From positions 5,440,001-5,504,000 of the forward strand of contig OZ251518.1 of NCBI GenBank assembly GCA_965242965.1: 64,000 nt of DNA, given 5' to 3'. The notes beneath the pieces were generated by a model. That model did not search any database. It was given only the letters and a program-made list of their open reading frames with translations, and had not been told where the DNA came from. Below, piece after piece: positions 1 to 8,454 of the stretch. Position 1 is the first letter of the stretch, and every line of letters starts with the position of its first letter. Both the position numbers and the translations under genes were made by a program. This stretch comes from Candidatus Poribacteria bacterium (GTDB taxonomy: Bacteria; Poribacteria; WGA-4E; WGA-3G).

Positions 1-228
1 TTCGATGGATATGCCCTGTTTCGTGGCGAGTGCGGTGAGTTGCTCAGCCACTTCAGGTTCCACGGTAACAAGGTTCGTTTTTGATGTGAGATTAACAACC
101 TCAAATGCGACTTCGTGGGTTTCATCCCAATAATCGGCGAGGCTGTGCGTATCCCAGAATTCGCCAATCTCCTCCAATGTGGCCGTGGTAGGGGGCATTG
201 AATCGCGCGCTTTAACTTTTTCTGCCAT
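1..228 (-). CDS. CopG/BrnA-like antitoxin, partial (runs off window start)
   Basis: Manual translation from ATG at 228: MAEKVKARDSMPPTTATLEEIGEFWDTHSLADYWDETHEV...; the EFWDTHS motif is typical of CopG-type antitoxins. Not in the ORF track. Confidence 0.7.
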   Translation of the reverse strand, partial: MAEKVKARDSMPPTTATLEEIGEFWDTHSLADYWDETHEVAFEVVNLTSKTNLVTVEPEVAEQLTALATKQGISIE

Positions 229-360
229 AGCGTTTTCGCTTTCCCCGGCATGCATCGAGACCAGGAGGTCTCTCCTACCGGGGTGTATTGAGACCTGGAG
301 GTCTCTCCTACCCAGAGGGCATCGAGACCGGCGCGCCTATCGACACTTCCTTTTTTTTCC

Positions 361-1596
361 TTAAAATTCGGCGCGTGCCATGAAAGTCGCGTAAATCGTC
401 GCGGTGCGCACCAGATCTGGGATATGCACGCGTTCGTCTATCGCATGGCCGCCCTCGCCGCGGGGGCCGTAGCCGATACCGGGCAATCCACTGTTTACAA
501 AGAAATGGAGATCGGTAAACCCGGTCGTCGTCTTAAATTGCGGTTTATTGAAGCGCACCGTCTGCACCACTTTCGCGAACGCCTGTGCAAACGGGGAAGT
601 CTCATCTGTCAGGCACGGTTCGATCTGCAAGAGCGTTTGAATCTCTGCGTTCAGTGCGGTGTAGTATTCACACGCCGTTGAAATCGTATCACGCAGTTCC
701 AATTCGGCGAATCGGAGCGTTTCGTTCGGCGTAATCCGTCTGTCAACGGAGAAAGTGACGTTCGCAGGCACGGTGTTAATTTTATCGCCTTCCGTCCCGC
801 GAAAGGTGCCACCGATGTTGAGCGTTGGGTGCCGTTTTGAGCCATCAGGGAGTGTGAACGCGCGCGTCGGCGATTTCAAATCGCGCTTGAGTCGTTGCAA
901 TGCAGTCACCAACTGCGCCGTTTTCTCAAAGGCGTTGATACCTTTATGGGGTTGCGAACCGTGCGCTGCCTTTCCCTTCACGGCAATGTCGAGCCACAGC
1001 ACGCCGTTATGTCCGTTGCCGATGTTCATGCCGCCTCCGCCCTCGCAATTGATGACGTAATCCGCGTTGACTAACCCCTGTTCGACGATATAGCCCGCGC
1101 CCAAATCGCCCCCGGTCTCCTCGTCGCAGGTAAATGAGCATTCGATGTTGAACATCGGTTTCGCGCCAGTCTCCTGAAGCGACTGCATTGCAAACAGCAG
1201 CGCGGCGATGGCATCCTTCATATCATCGGCACCGCGGCCGTAGAGCCACTCATCGTGAAATTCGCCGTTGAAGGGTGGAAACCGCCAGTCGCCCGCGACC
1301 GGCACGACATCGTAGTGTGCATTGAAATGCACCGTTTTTTCGGCACCGACATCCCAACGCGCGATGAGGTTGAAGCGGGGATGGCTGTCTGCGTTGGAGA
1401 TGAATTTGTTCGCGTAGTCCGTTGGGACTGGCACTACCTGCGTCTGCATCCCCAATTCTTGGCACTTCGCTTCCAAGTATCCGACAATCTCGGCGTAGTT
1501 ATTGCCGGGCGGATTGACGGTAGGAATTCTGACGAGGGATTGAAGCAGCGCGCACAGTGCGGGTTGGTTTTCCTTGATATAGGTTTGTATGGCCAT
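361..1596 (-). CDS. M20 family metallopeptidase (ArgE/DapE-like)
   Basis: Motifs NAHYDVVP, YGRGADDMK, DEETGG, GKAAHGS, HAIDE. Confidence 0.9.
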   Translation of the reverse strand: MAIQTYIKENQPALCALLQSLVRIPTVNPPGNNYAEIVGYLEAKCQELGMQTQVVPVPTDYANKFISNADSHPRFNLIARWDVGAEKTVHFNAHYDVVPVAGDWRFPPFNGEFHDEWLYGRGADDMKDAIAALLFAMQSLQETGAKPMFNIECSFTCDEETGGDLGAGYIVEQGLVNADYVINCEGGGGMNIGNGHNGVLWLDIAVKGKAAHGSQPHKGINAFEKTAQLVTALQRLKRDLKSPTRAFTLPDGSKRHPTLNIGGTFRGTEGDKINTVPANVTFSVDRRITPNETLRFAELELRDTISTACEYYTALNAEIQTLLQIEPCLTDETSPFAQAFAKVVQTVRFNKPQFKTTTGFTDLHFFVNSGLPGIGYGPRGEGGHAIDERVHIPDLVRTATIYATFMARAEF

Positions 1597-1630
1597 TCAC
1601 ATTTTTCCTTTCGTTCTGGGTGGTTTTGCC

Positions 1631-1906
1631 CTACACGGTATACCACTTGATTTCTTCGGGGTTAATGACTACCATGCGAGAAATCCGCCCGAGTTCCTCT
1701 TGCGTGAGCGTTTTGGCGAGATTCGCCCAAACCAGGTCATCGCGTTCCGCCAAGTTATAGTTCTCAATATCAAATTTTCGGCTGATGATGAGGATACGGA
1801 CGTATTCGTCTCCATCGTCAAACACGTCGATGAAGTAGCCGGGTCCGCCGAACGAGCCGGCCTCCAGTGTTTCCTCAATTTTCTGCCGCAATGCCGCGCG
1901 AACCAT
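1631..1906 (-). CDS. small protein, BolA-like
   Basis: ATG at 1906 with AAGGAGG RBS; VRILIISRKF..ERDDLVW pattern; paralog of the adjacent ORF. Confidence 0.55.
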   Translation of the reverse strand: MVRAALRQKIEETLEAGSFGGPGYFIDVFDDGDEYVRILIISRKFDIENYNLAERDDLVWANLAKTLTQEELGRISRMVVINPEEIKWYTV

Positions 1907-1919
1907 CGCTATTCCTCCT

Positions 1920-2189
1920 TTACAAGATGTGGACTTCTTTGGGATGTCTGCCGATAGTGAGGAAGACGCGGCTCCATTCATCCATGGGCAAATGTCCCCA
2001 TATCTGATTGTCAATGATGTCTCCTCTTTCGTCCGATGTCATACCGCTCTTGAACTTTCGGCTGACGACGACGATATGGACACTCTCATGGGCAGAGCCA
2101 TCGGATACGTCAACGAAATCTTTCTCGTCGTTGAAATACCCATCTTTGAGCAGGCGGTAAATCTTCCGTTTCACCTTTTCGCATGCCAT
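1920..2189 (-). CDS. small protein, BolA-like
   Basis: GAGGAGG RBS; HIVVVSRKF...ERGDII resembles the BolA H-x-x-x-V-S-x-x-F...R pattern. Confidence 0.55.
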   Translation of the reverse strand: MACEKVKRKIYRLLKDGYFNDEKDFVDVSDGSAHESVHIVVVSRKFKSGMTSDERGDIIDNQIWGHLPMDEWSRVFLTIGRHPKEVHIL

Positions 2190-2255
2190 GGATAAGTCCT
2201 CCTCTAGCTGCCGCCTCCTCTCCCCGGCTTGCTCGCGGATGCCGTTATGTAAATT

Positions 2256-2520
2256 GAGGGCGTTTCATAAATCGCTCAACATCGCGGGGACAGGCCCCGC
2301 GCTACGGTGAAAAAACGCCGCGCCTTCACGTAGGGCGAGGGCCTGTCCCTCGCCATGCGTTTTGGTGGCAGACTGCATCCCCCCTGTAGGTCAAGATCGC
2401 CTGATCTTGACCCGTTCGGGAGCGGGCGCTCCCGAACTACAGATGTAGGTCCAATGCCTGCCGGTATTCGCCCGCCTCCAAGGCAGGATAAATACCGAAA
2501 CGGAGTTATGAAACACCCTC
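2256..2520. mobile_element. MITE with 14-bp TIRs and 9-bp target duplication
   Basis: GAGGGCGTTTCATA...TATGAAACACCCTC, flanked by ATGTAAATT at 2247-2255 and 2521-2529; contains REP-like palindromes; no transposase. Confidence 0.85.
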
Positions 2521-2585
2521 ATGTAAATTGATATTCATAATAAATAGGATACCATACCTCGCGACTGGAATGCAAACCTAATTGT

Positions 2586-3002
2586 CTATGACGTGACGAC
2601 AGCCTGGTCTCCCGCCGACAAATGCCCTACCGTTTCACCCGTTTCCGTAAACGTTCGCGTCACGTTTACGGAGGCGTACGTCCACAAAATTTTCATTGGT
2701 GCATTGCTTTCATTCCAGAAGCGGTGTGGGATGCCCGCTGGCACGAACGTCGTGTCAAACGCCTTCATCGTGAAGACTTCGCCATCCACTTCGCAGGCTG
2801 CCTCTCCCTCCAGAATGGTGACAGATTCGTCACAGTTGTGATAGTGACGCGCGATTGCGGCACCGGGCTCAAACATCGTCACACCGTTCGTTAGCGAAGT
2901 AGAATTGAGCCACTTACCGGCAAGCGGCACGGTTTTTACGCCAGTCCCCCGTTCGACCGGGGTTTGCTGCTCAAAAGTGATGACATGCGCTTTTGTGTCC
3001 AT
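2586..3002 (-). CDS. cupin domain protein
   Basis: HYHNCDE...GIPHRF cupin motifs; GGAGG RBS. Confidence 0.85.
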   Translation of the reverse strand: MDTKAHVITFEQQTPVERGTGVKTVPLAGKWLNSTSLTNGVTMFEPGAAIARHYHNCDESVTILEGEAACEVDGEVFTMKAFDTTFVPAGIPHRFWNESNAPMKILWTYASVNVTRTFTETGETVGHLSAGDQAVVTS

Positions 3003-3145
3003 CTGTTACCCTCCTCCGATTTTCTTGTTGTTAGAGAGTTTACCTTTAATAAGAAAAAATGTCAAGGCATGAAAAACGTTCTTGACTTTCCAAAGGAAAG
3101 ATGCCACAATAAAGCGAAATCCTCTCCGCACAGCGAAAATCGGTT

Positions 3146-4543
3146 ATGAAAAACGATAAAAAAACAATCTTCGGTTGGTGCATGTATGACTGGGCGAATT
3201 CTGCCTACGGCACTACCGTAGTTGCTGCGCTATTGCCAAACTATTTCGCGCTAGCCGTTGTCGGTAAAGCCGGTGTCAACATCGCCGGACAGACGTTCAG
3301 CGCGACGGCGTTATGGGGTTATATGCTTGGCGCGTCTGCACTTGTGGTGTTCTTCTGCGCGCCTGTGCTTGGTGCCATCGCCGATTTCTCTGCCGCGAAA
3401 AAGAAGTTCCTCATCGGTTTCGCGTATACCGGCAGCCTCTTCGCAACGCTCCTCTATTTCTGCACCGCCGGCGATGTCTGGCTGACTGTTCTGCTCTTCG
3501 TCGGTTCACAAGTCTGCTTTGTCGCCGCGAACGTCTTCTACGATGCGTTCCTGCCGCAAATCGCCACGCCAGAAAGATTGGATGCTGTTTCTAGCCGAGG
3601 CTATGCCTTTGGCTATGTCGGCGGGGGGTTGCAATTTGCCATCGCGCTCGCTCTCGTCGCCAGGCACGATGTTATTGGGATTAGTGAATCGATGGCGGCG
3701 CGCATCGGCATCGGAATGGCAGGGCTTTGGTGGGCTGGATGGACGCTGTTTACCGTTAAATTTTTGAAAGAGTCAAGGCGGGGAGAGTTATCTGATGGAG
3801 GTGCATCGAGACCAGGAGGGCTTTCCTACCAAGAGGCAGAAGCATCGAGACCGGGAGGTCTCTCCTACGGGGAGAGGGGACAGGAGATTGGCAATGCGGA
3901 ACTGCAGTGGCACGACTATCTGAAAATCGGCATCAGCCGAACTATTGCAACTGCCAAAAAGGTGCGGCGGTTTAAACACCTCACCCTCTTTCTCATCGCT
4001 TATCTTGTTTACAACGACGGCATCCACACCGTCAGCACGATGGCGACGATTTACGGCACGCAGGAACTCAACCTCTCCACGACGGTGTTGATGGTAACGC
4101 TCCTCGCCGTTCAAATCATCGCAATAGGCGGCGCGCTCGTGTTCAGCCGCATCGCGAACTTGCTTGGGACGAAGCGGACAGTCATGCTGACGCTGCTGCT
4201 CTGGAGCGGCGTTGTTACCTACGCCTATTTTACGCGAACCGCAACCGAATTCTTTATGCTCGGTGCTGTCGTCGGACTCGTCCTTGGCGGCTCGCAGGCA
4301 CTCAGCCGCTCCTTCTACGGCGCGATGATTCCTGAAGAAGCAAGTGCCGAATTTTACGGATTTTATTCTGTTTTTAGCAAGTTTTCTGCTACCTTCGGCC
4401 CGCTCACATTCGCGTTTATCGCGCAAGTTACAGGCAATGCAAGACTCTCGATCATCTCGCTGGTGGTATTCTTCGTTGTGGGGTTGGTGTTGCTAGCGTT
4501 TGTGGATGAGGAAAAGGCGAAGGTGGATAGGTTGACATTTTGA
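3146..4543 (+). CDS. MFS transporter (UMF1/ATG22-like)
   Basis: WCMYDWANSAY N-terminus, 12-TM pattern, GGSQALSRS; in-frame REP-derived insert in the central loop. Confidence 0.9.
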   Translation: MKNDKKTIFGWCMYDWANSAYGTTVVAALLPNYFALAVVGKAGVNIAGQTFSATALWGYMLGASALVVFFCAPVLGAIADFSAAKKKFLIGFAYTGSLFATLLYFCTAGDVWLTVLLFVGSQVCFVAANVFYDAFLPQIATPERLDAVSSRGYAFGYVGGGLQFAIALALVARHDVIGISESMAARIGIGMAGLWWAGWTLFTVKFLKESRRGELSDGGASRPGGLSYQEAEASRPGGLSYGERGQEIGNAELQWHDYLKIGISRTIATAKKVRRFKHLTLFLIAYLVYNDGIHTVSTMATIYGTQELNLSTTVLMVTLLAVQIIAIGGALVFSRIANLLGTKRTVMLTLLLWSGVVTYAYFTRTATEFFMLGAVVGLVLGGSQALSRSFYGAMIPEEASAEFYGFYSVFSKFSATFGPLTFAFIAQVTGNARLSIISLVVFFVVGLVLLAFVDEEKAKVDRLTF

Positions 4544-4553
4544 TAGAGTGAAG

Positions 4554-4884
4554 CGCGCGGGGGAGGTAGGGAACGCGGGGGACAGGTCCCCGCGCTACGG
4601 GGAAATCGCCCCCCCCTCACCGTAGGGCGAGGGCCTGTCCCTCGCCAGCGTTATTGCACCAGGCCCTGTAGATCAGGAGTGCCTGCTCCTGACCCGTTTG
4701 TGATTAGGCGATCACAAACTACAGAGGCTAAAGGACCTAAAACGCCGCCTCGGGACGATGGAGATCGCGGGGGACAGGCCCCCGCGCTACGGGAACATCG
4801 AGACCGGGAGGTCTCTCCTACGGGGAAAGAAATCGAGACCAGGAGGTCTCTCCTACCGAATGCGTCGAAATATGAAACACCCTC
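4554..4884. repeat. cluster of GTAG-type REP palindromes ending in a MITE right TIR
   Basis: Multiple CGCGGGGGACAGGCCCCCGCGCTAC and CGAGACCRGGAGGTCTCTCCTAC copies; TATGAAACACCCTC at 4871-4884. Confidence 0.75.
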
Positions 4885-4887
4885 AGA

Positions 4888-5748
4888 TTAATTCACTACC
4901 TCGAAAACAATCGGGAGTTCCAACCGCAAACTGCTCGCGTTATGGCCATCAGGAAACGGCGGATACGGGACAGCATTTTGGATGGCGGCGATGGCGGCGT
5001 TATCTAACGCAAGCGAACCGGAAGAGGCTGTCACTTCCGGGTTCCGCACGGTGCCGTCCTTAAACAGCGTAAACCGTATCGTTGCAGCCGTGCCGTCCTC
5101 TAAATTCTGCACGCGTGGCGGAAACCGCTGCACCCGCTTAATCCGTTCGCGCACCTGCTTCAGGAATTCGTTAAACGACTGCTTGGCACTGCCAAAATTG
5201 ACAGAGGCGAGCTCAAGATTGCCCGGTTCGTTGAATTCCACCTGCGCGAGACTTGAGCCCATATCCATCTGTGTCACCAAACTCGTCGTCTCAAACTTCG
5301 GCACTTCAAACTTGGGTGTTGTCGTGACGATGTTCGCCTGCCGCGATTCGCTAAACAGGTTGCGGCCGAGCCCCTCCATGTTGGGTACCATCGTCGGACG
5401 CGTGGAGACATCGCTCGTCGGTAAGGTGAAGCGTGCGTTGCCCATCGGAATCTTAGCACTCGTTGTCACGGGCTGTCCCTTCGGCGCGCGAACCTTGAGT
5501 GCCTTCGGTTTCTGAGCCTCCCGCATTTTACGCTGCTGCGTCCGCCGCTTCGGCTGCGGTTTCTCCTCGGCAACGAGGACGCTCTGCATCGCATCTTTAT
5601 TTCTCTCCAAAACCGTCTTCCGAATCAAATAGACACCGAGGACGATTATCCCGATGACGTGCAAGCCGATGGAGACTCCCGCCGCGATTTTCCGGCGGCG
5701 TTTTCCTTTTGCCTTCGCCGCCGCGTAGTTAGAGTGAGCATAGTTCAT
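4888..5748 (-). CDS. TonB family energy transducer
   Basis: N-terminal TM with S-x-x-L-H; C-terminal TonB_C (SSGSLALDNAAIAAI...PYPPFP). Confidence 0.85.
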   Translation of the reverse strand: MNYAHSNYAAAKAKGKRRRKIAAGVSIGLHVIGIIVLGVYLIRKTVLERNKDAMQSVLVAEEKPQPKRRTQQRKMREAQKPKALKVRAPKGQPVTTSAKIPMGNARFTLPTSDVSTRPTMVPNMEGLGRNLFSESRQANIVTTTPKFEVPKFETTSLVTQMDMGSSLAQVEFNEPGNLELASVNFGSAKQSFNEFLKQVRERIKRVQRFPPRVQNLEDGTAATIRFTLFKDGTVRNPEVTASSGSLALDNAAIAAIQNAVPYPPFPDGHNASSLRLELPIVFEVVN

Positions 5749-5802
5749 TATGTTTCTTCCTCCAATGAAGGTTTGCGGGGGACAGGCCCCCGTGATACGG
5801 TT

Positions 5803-6489
5803 TTAATCTTGATAACTTAACAATTTGTAACGCTGATTTTTTACCACTACCGAACCGAGAATCTTCAGTTCCATCTTTTTCCCTTCGGCATTCCGTAATG
5901 TCAAAACGGTTCCGCGAAGCAGTTGGAACCCATCGTAAGTTTCCATCGGTTTATCAAAGCGGATATCCACGAACGTCAGATTATGTCCGCCGTAGCGTGC
6001 GATGGCTCTTTTCATGCCGATGTTGCATTTTTTATTCAGGTTCTCCCAGGCGAAATCACCAGGGAAATTACTCGGCGGCCGGCTTGCGGAGAAGGCGGGC
6101 CAGAGCCAAGCGAGATACGCCTCGCGTTGCACGCGCAGCTGGTTCAACTTGGCGATGTCTTTCCGATTCAAAGCGTCAACGACTGCCATGCCAATTTGGC
6201 CTGGCGAGGCGAGACTATTTGTCCACGCGGGTTTCTCACAGCCGCTGAGGCTAATCCAAGAGAGGAGTAGGGCGGCGATGAGTGAGCGCACGCGGGAGAC
6301 AAGCCCCCGCGCTACGGAGAAATGCGCGTCACTGCTATCGATGAGCGAACGCGCGCGGGGGACAGGCCCTCGCGCTACGGAGAAGTGCGCGTCGCTGCTA
6401 TCGATGAGAGAACGCGCGCGGGGGACAGGCCCCCGCGCTACGGAGAGACGCGTGTCTCTGATGTCAGAAAGTGGCCTAATACTGCGCAC
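5803..6489 (-). CDS. putative lipoprotein; start uncertain (N-terminus contains three REP-derived 21-aa repeats)
   Basis: Lipobox LSGC after a hydrophobic stretch; 63-bp tandem repeats at ~6283-6450. Confidence 0.6.
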   Translation of the reverse strand: MRSIRPLSDIRDTRLSVARGPVPRARSLIDSSDAHFSVARGPVPRARSLIDSSDAHFSVARGLVSRVRSLIAALLLSWISLSGCEKPAWTNSLASPGQIGMAVVDALNRKDIAKLNQLRVQREAYLAWLWPAFSASRPPSNFPGDFAWENLNKKCNIGMKRAIARYGGHNLTFVDIRFDKPMETYDGFQLLRGTVLTLRNAEGKKMELKILGSVVVKNQRYKLLSYQD

Positions 6490-7810
6490 TTGTCGTCCAT
6501 CCCGTTGTCCAATTGCTGGAGGGATCTACGCCGCCGATAAAGTTTACCTGTTGGAAGAACCCATCAGCGGGCGGCTGCGCAGGCACGACTGCGGCTGCAC
6601 CGGCACCCGGCGTGAAGTTAGGCGCGGTTTTGTTGAACGGCAGTGCCAGCCCCGGGTCTTCCTCTACATTATCGTTGCCGGAAGCCCAGGCGGCTTCGTC
6701 AAACCCATCGTCGTCTTTTTCATCGCCGAAATTGCCCTTCTTGTTCTCAAAGAAGATGCTGTTTTTCACCACCAACGCACCGCTGTTCGCCTGTGCATGC
6801 GTGGACTCAGTGTTCAGGTCCAACCCCATTTTGTTGAAGCCGGTGACGATGAAGTTGGCGTAGGTGCCTGCCGCGCCTTCACGAATCAACATACCGGTGT
6901 CGCTTTCAGGTCCGTCCGGATCACCGATGAGCGTGACGTTATAGATAGTCGCGTTGGAGCGCGGTGTCGCCTCGTTGTCCTTGCTGCTGTTGTCGACTTC
7001 AAAGCCGTTGTCTGCGTCGTCGCCGTATTGCTGCGCAACCCAGAATTGGCCCTTGCCGGTCCAACCGTCTGTCCAGTCAAACGAGTCATCGCGCGCACCT
7101 GTGACGAGCGCGTATTTGAGATTAACAGTGCCGCCGAACATCTCAATGCCATCATCTTGATTCATGTGCACCTGCACGTGCTCAATAATGGTGCCGGAGC
7201 CGACACCCTGCAGTGCGATGCCGTTGAGTTCATTGTCCGGGCTAAATTCGATGCCGGCGTATTCCACGCGGACATACTGCAGCACGCCGCTGCTATCCGC
7301 GGGATTGTTGCCGCCGAAGGCACCCGTGTCGCCTTCCCCGAAGGTTTCGCCTTGGTTCGTGGGCGCATTGCCGTTGATGATGAGGCCTCCCCACTGCCCG
7401 CGGGCGTGCGAACCATCAGGCGCATCGCTCGTCATCACAATCGGTGCGCTCGCCGTGCCGGCAGCCATAATCTTTGAACCGCGGGCGATAATGAGCGTCC
7501 CTTGACTTGCGCCTTCGCCATAGACGGTAACGCCCGGTTCAATCGTCAACGTCGCGCCGCCTTCAACAAACACGGCACCCTTCAAGAGGTAGTCGTAGTC
7601 CGCGCTGAGCGTTTTGTCCGCTGTCACCCGGCCTTCCAACACGACTACCTCACGGCCGCCAGCATTGATAATGGTTTCTCCCACCTCCGTGGTTCCATCG
7701 GTTTCGCTAGCAGTATCCTCTTCGTCATCTGCCCCGCAGCCGGCGAAAATCATCGCGATACCGGCTATGGCGATGAGCATCAACTGAATTTTAAACGTAA
7801 TCTTTGACAT
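6476..7810 (-). CDS. lipoprotein with parallel beta-helix, of the type found next to TonB receptors
   Basis: Lipobox FAGC; WGGLIING, SGVLQYVRVEYAG, DDGIEMFGG, DDSFDW motifs. Confidence 0.8.
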   Translation of the reverse strand: MSKITFKIQLMLIAIAGIAMIFAGCGADDEEDTASETDGTTEVGETIINAGGREVVVLEGRVTADKTLSADYDYLLKGAVFVEGGATLTIEPGVTVYGEGASQGTLIIARGSKIMAAGTASAPIVMTSDAPDGSHARGQWGGLIINGNAPTNQGETFGEGDTGAFGGNNPADSSGVLQYVRVEYAGIEFSPDNELNGIALQGVGSGTIIEHVQVHMNQDDGIEMFGGTVNLKYALVTGARDDSFDWTDGWTGKGQFWVAQQYGDDADNGFEVDNSSKDNEATPRSNATIYNVTLIGDPDGPESDTGMLIREGAAGTYANFIVTGFNKMGLDLNTESTHAQANSGALVVKNSIFFENKKGNFGDEKDDDGFDEAAWASGNDNVEEDPGLALPFNKTAPNFTPGAGAAAVVPAQPPADGFFQQVNFIGGVDPSSNWTTGWTTSAQY

Positions 7811-8056
7811 GAGTTTCTAAAGCTCCTTTTTTTGAGCAGCATTTACAAGATTATGAAGATTACCCAAATTATGCGACTCGCGTCAATCCGCTTGTCGTCA
7901 CGCTTACGATTTTTCGGCAACCTTCCTCAATAGCATTTGCGGCTTCAGGTGCCGCGTCACATTTAAGGATACCCAAGAATTGTTACAAAATCGTTACGAT
8001 GTTATGAATTATTTTTACCGTTATGGACACGGTGGCCTTGGCATCGTAAGTTAATC

Positions 8057-8326
8057 GAGGGTGTTTCATATCTCGATGCACCCCCGTAGGAGAGACCTCC
8101 TGGTCGCGATGGGGTGCTCCTCACGCCTGTAGTTCAGGATCGCCTGATCCTGAACCGTTCGGGAGCAGGTGCTCCCGAACTACAGAGGGGGGCGATGCCT
8201 GCCGGTAGGCGGGACATCCTTGTCCCGATAGGTTTAAAAATCGAGACCGGGAGGTCTCTCCTACGGTATTGCATCGAGACCGGGAGGTCTCTCCTACCCG
8301 AAGAAATCGGGATATGAAATACCCTC
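8057..8326. mobile_element. MITE copy (same TIR family)
   Basis: GAGGGTGTTTCATA...TATGAAATACCCTC; flanks AGTTAATC/ACCTAATC only partly match. Confidence 0.7.
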
Positions 8327-8454
8327 ACCTAATCTTGCCAATCTTGTCAATCTTGGAAATCCTGCTCCTGTTTTGGTATCGTAAGTTGAGAATTTCGGGC
8401 TCAGGCGCGAGGGACCTAATCCTGTCAATCGTGTCACTCTTGCAAATCCTGCTA

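Noticed and set aside
6002-7477. 491-aa plus-strand ORF and similar long antisense ORFs (e.g. 59955..61463)
   Set aside because: Shadow frames of well-supported genes on the opposite strand in GC-rich DNA.
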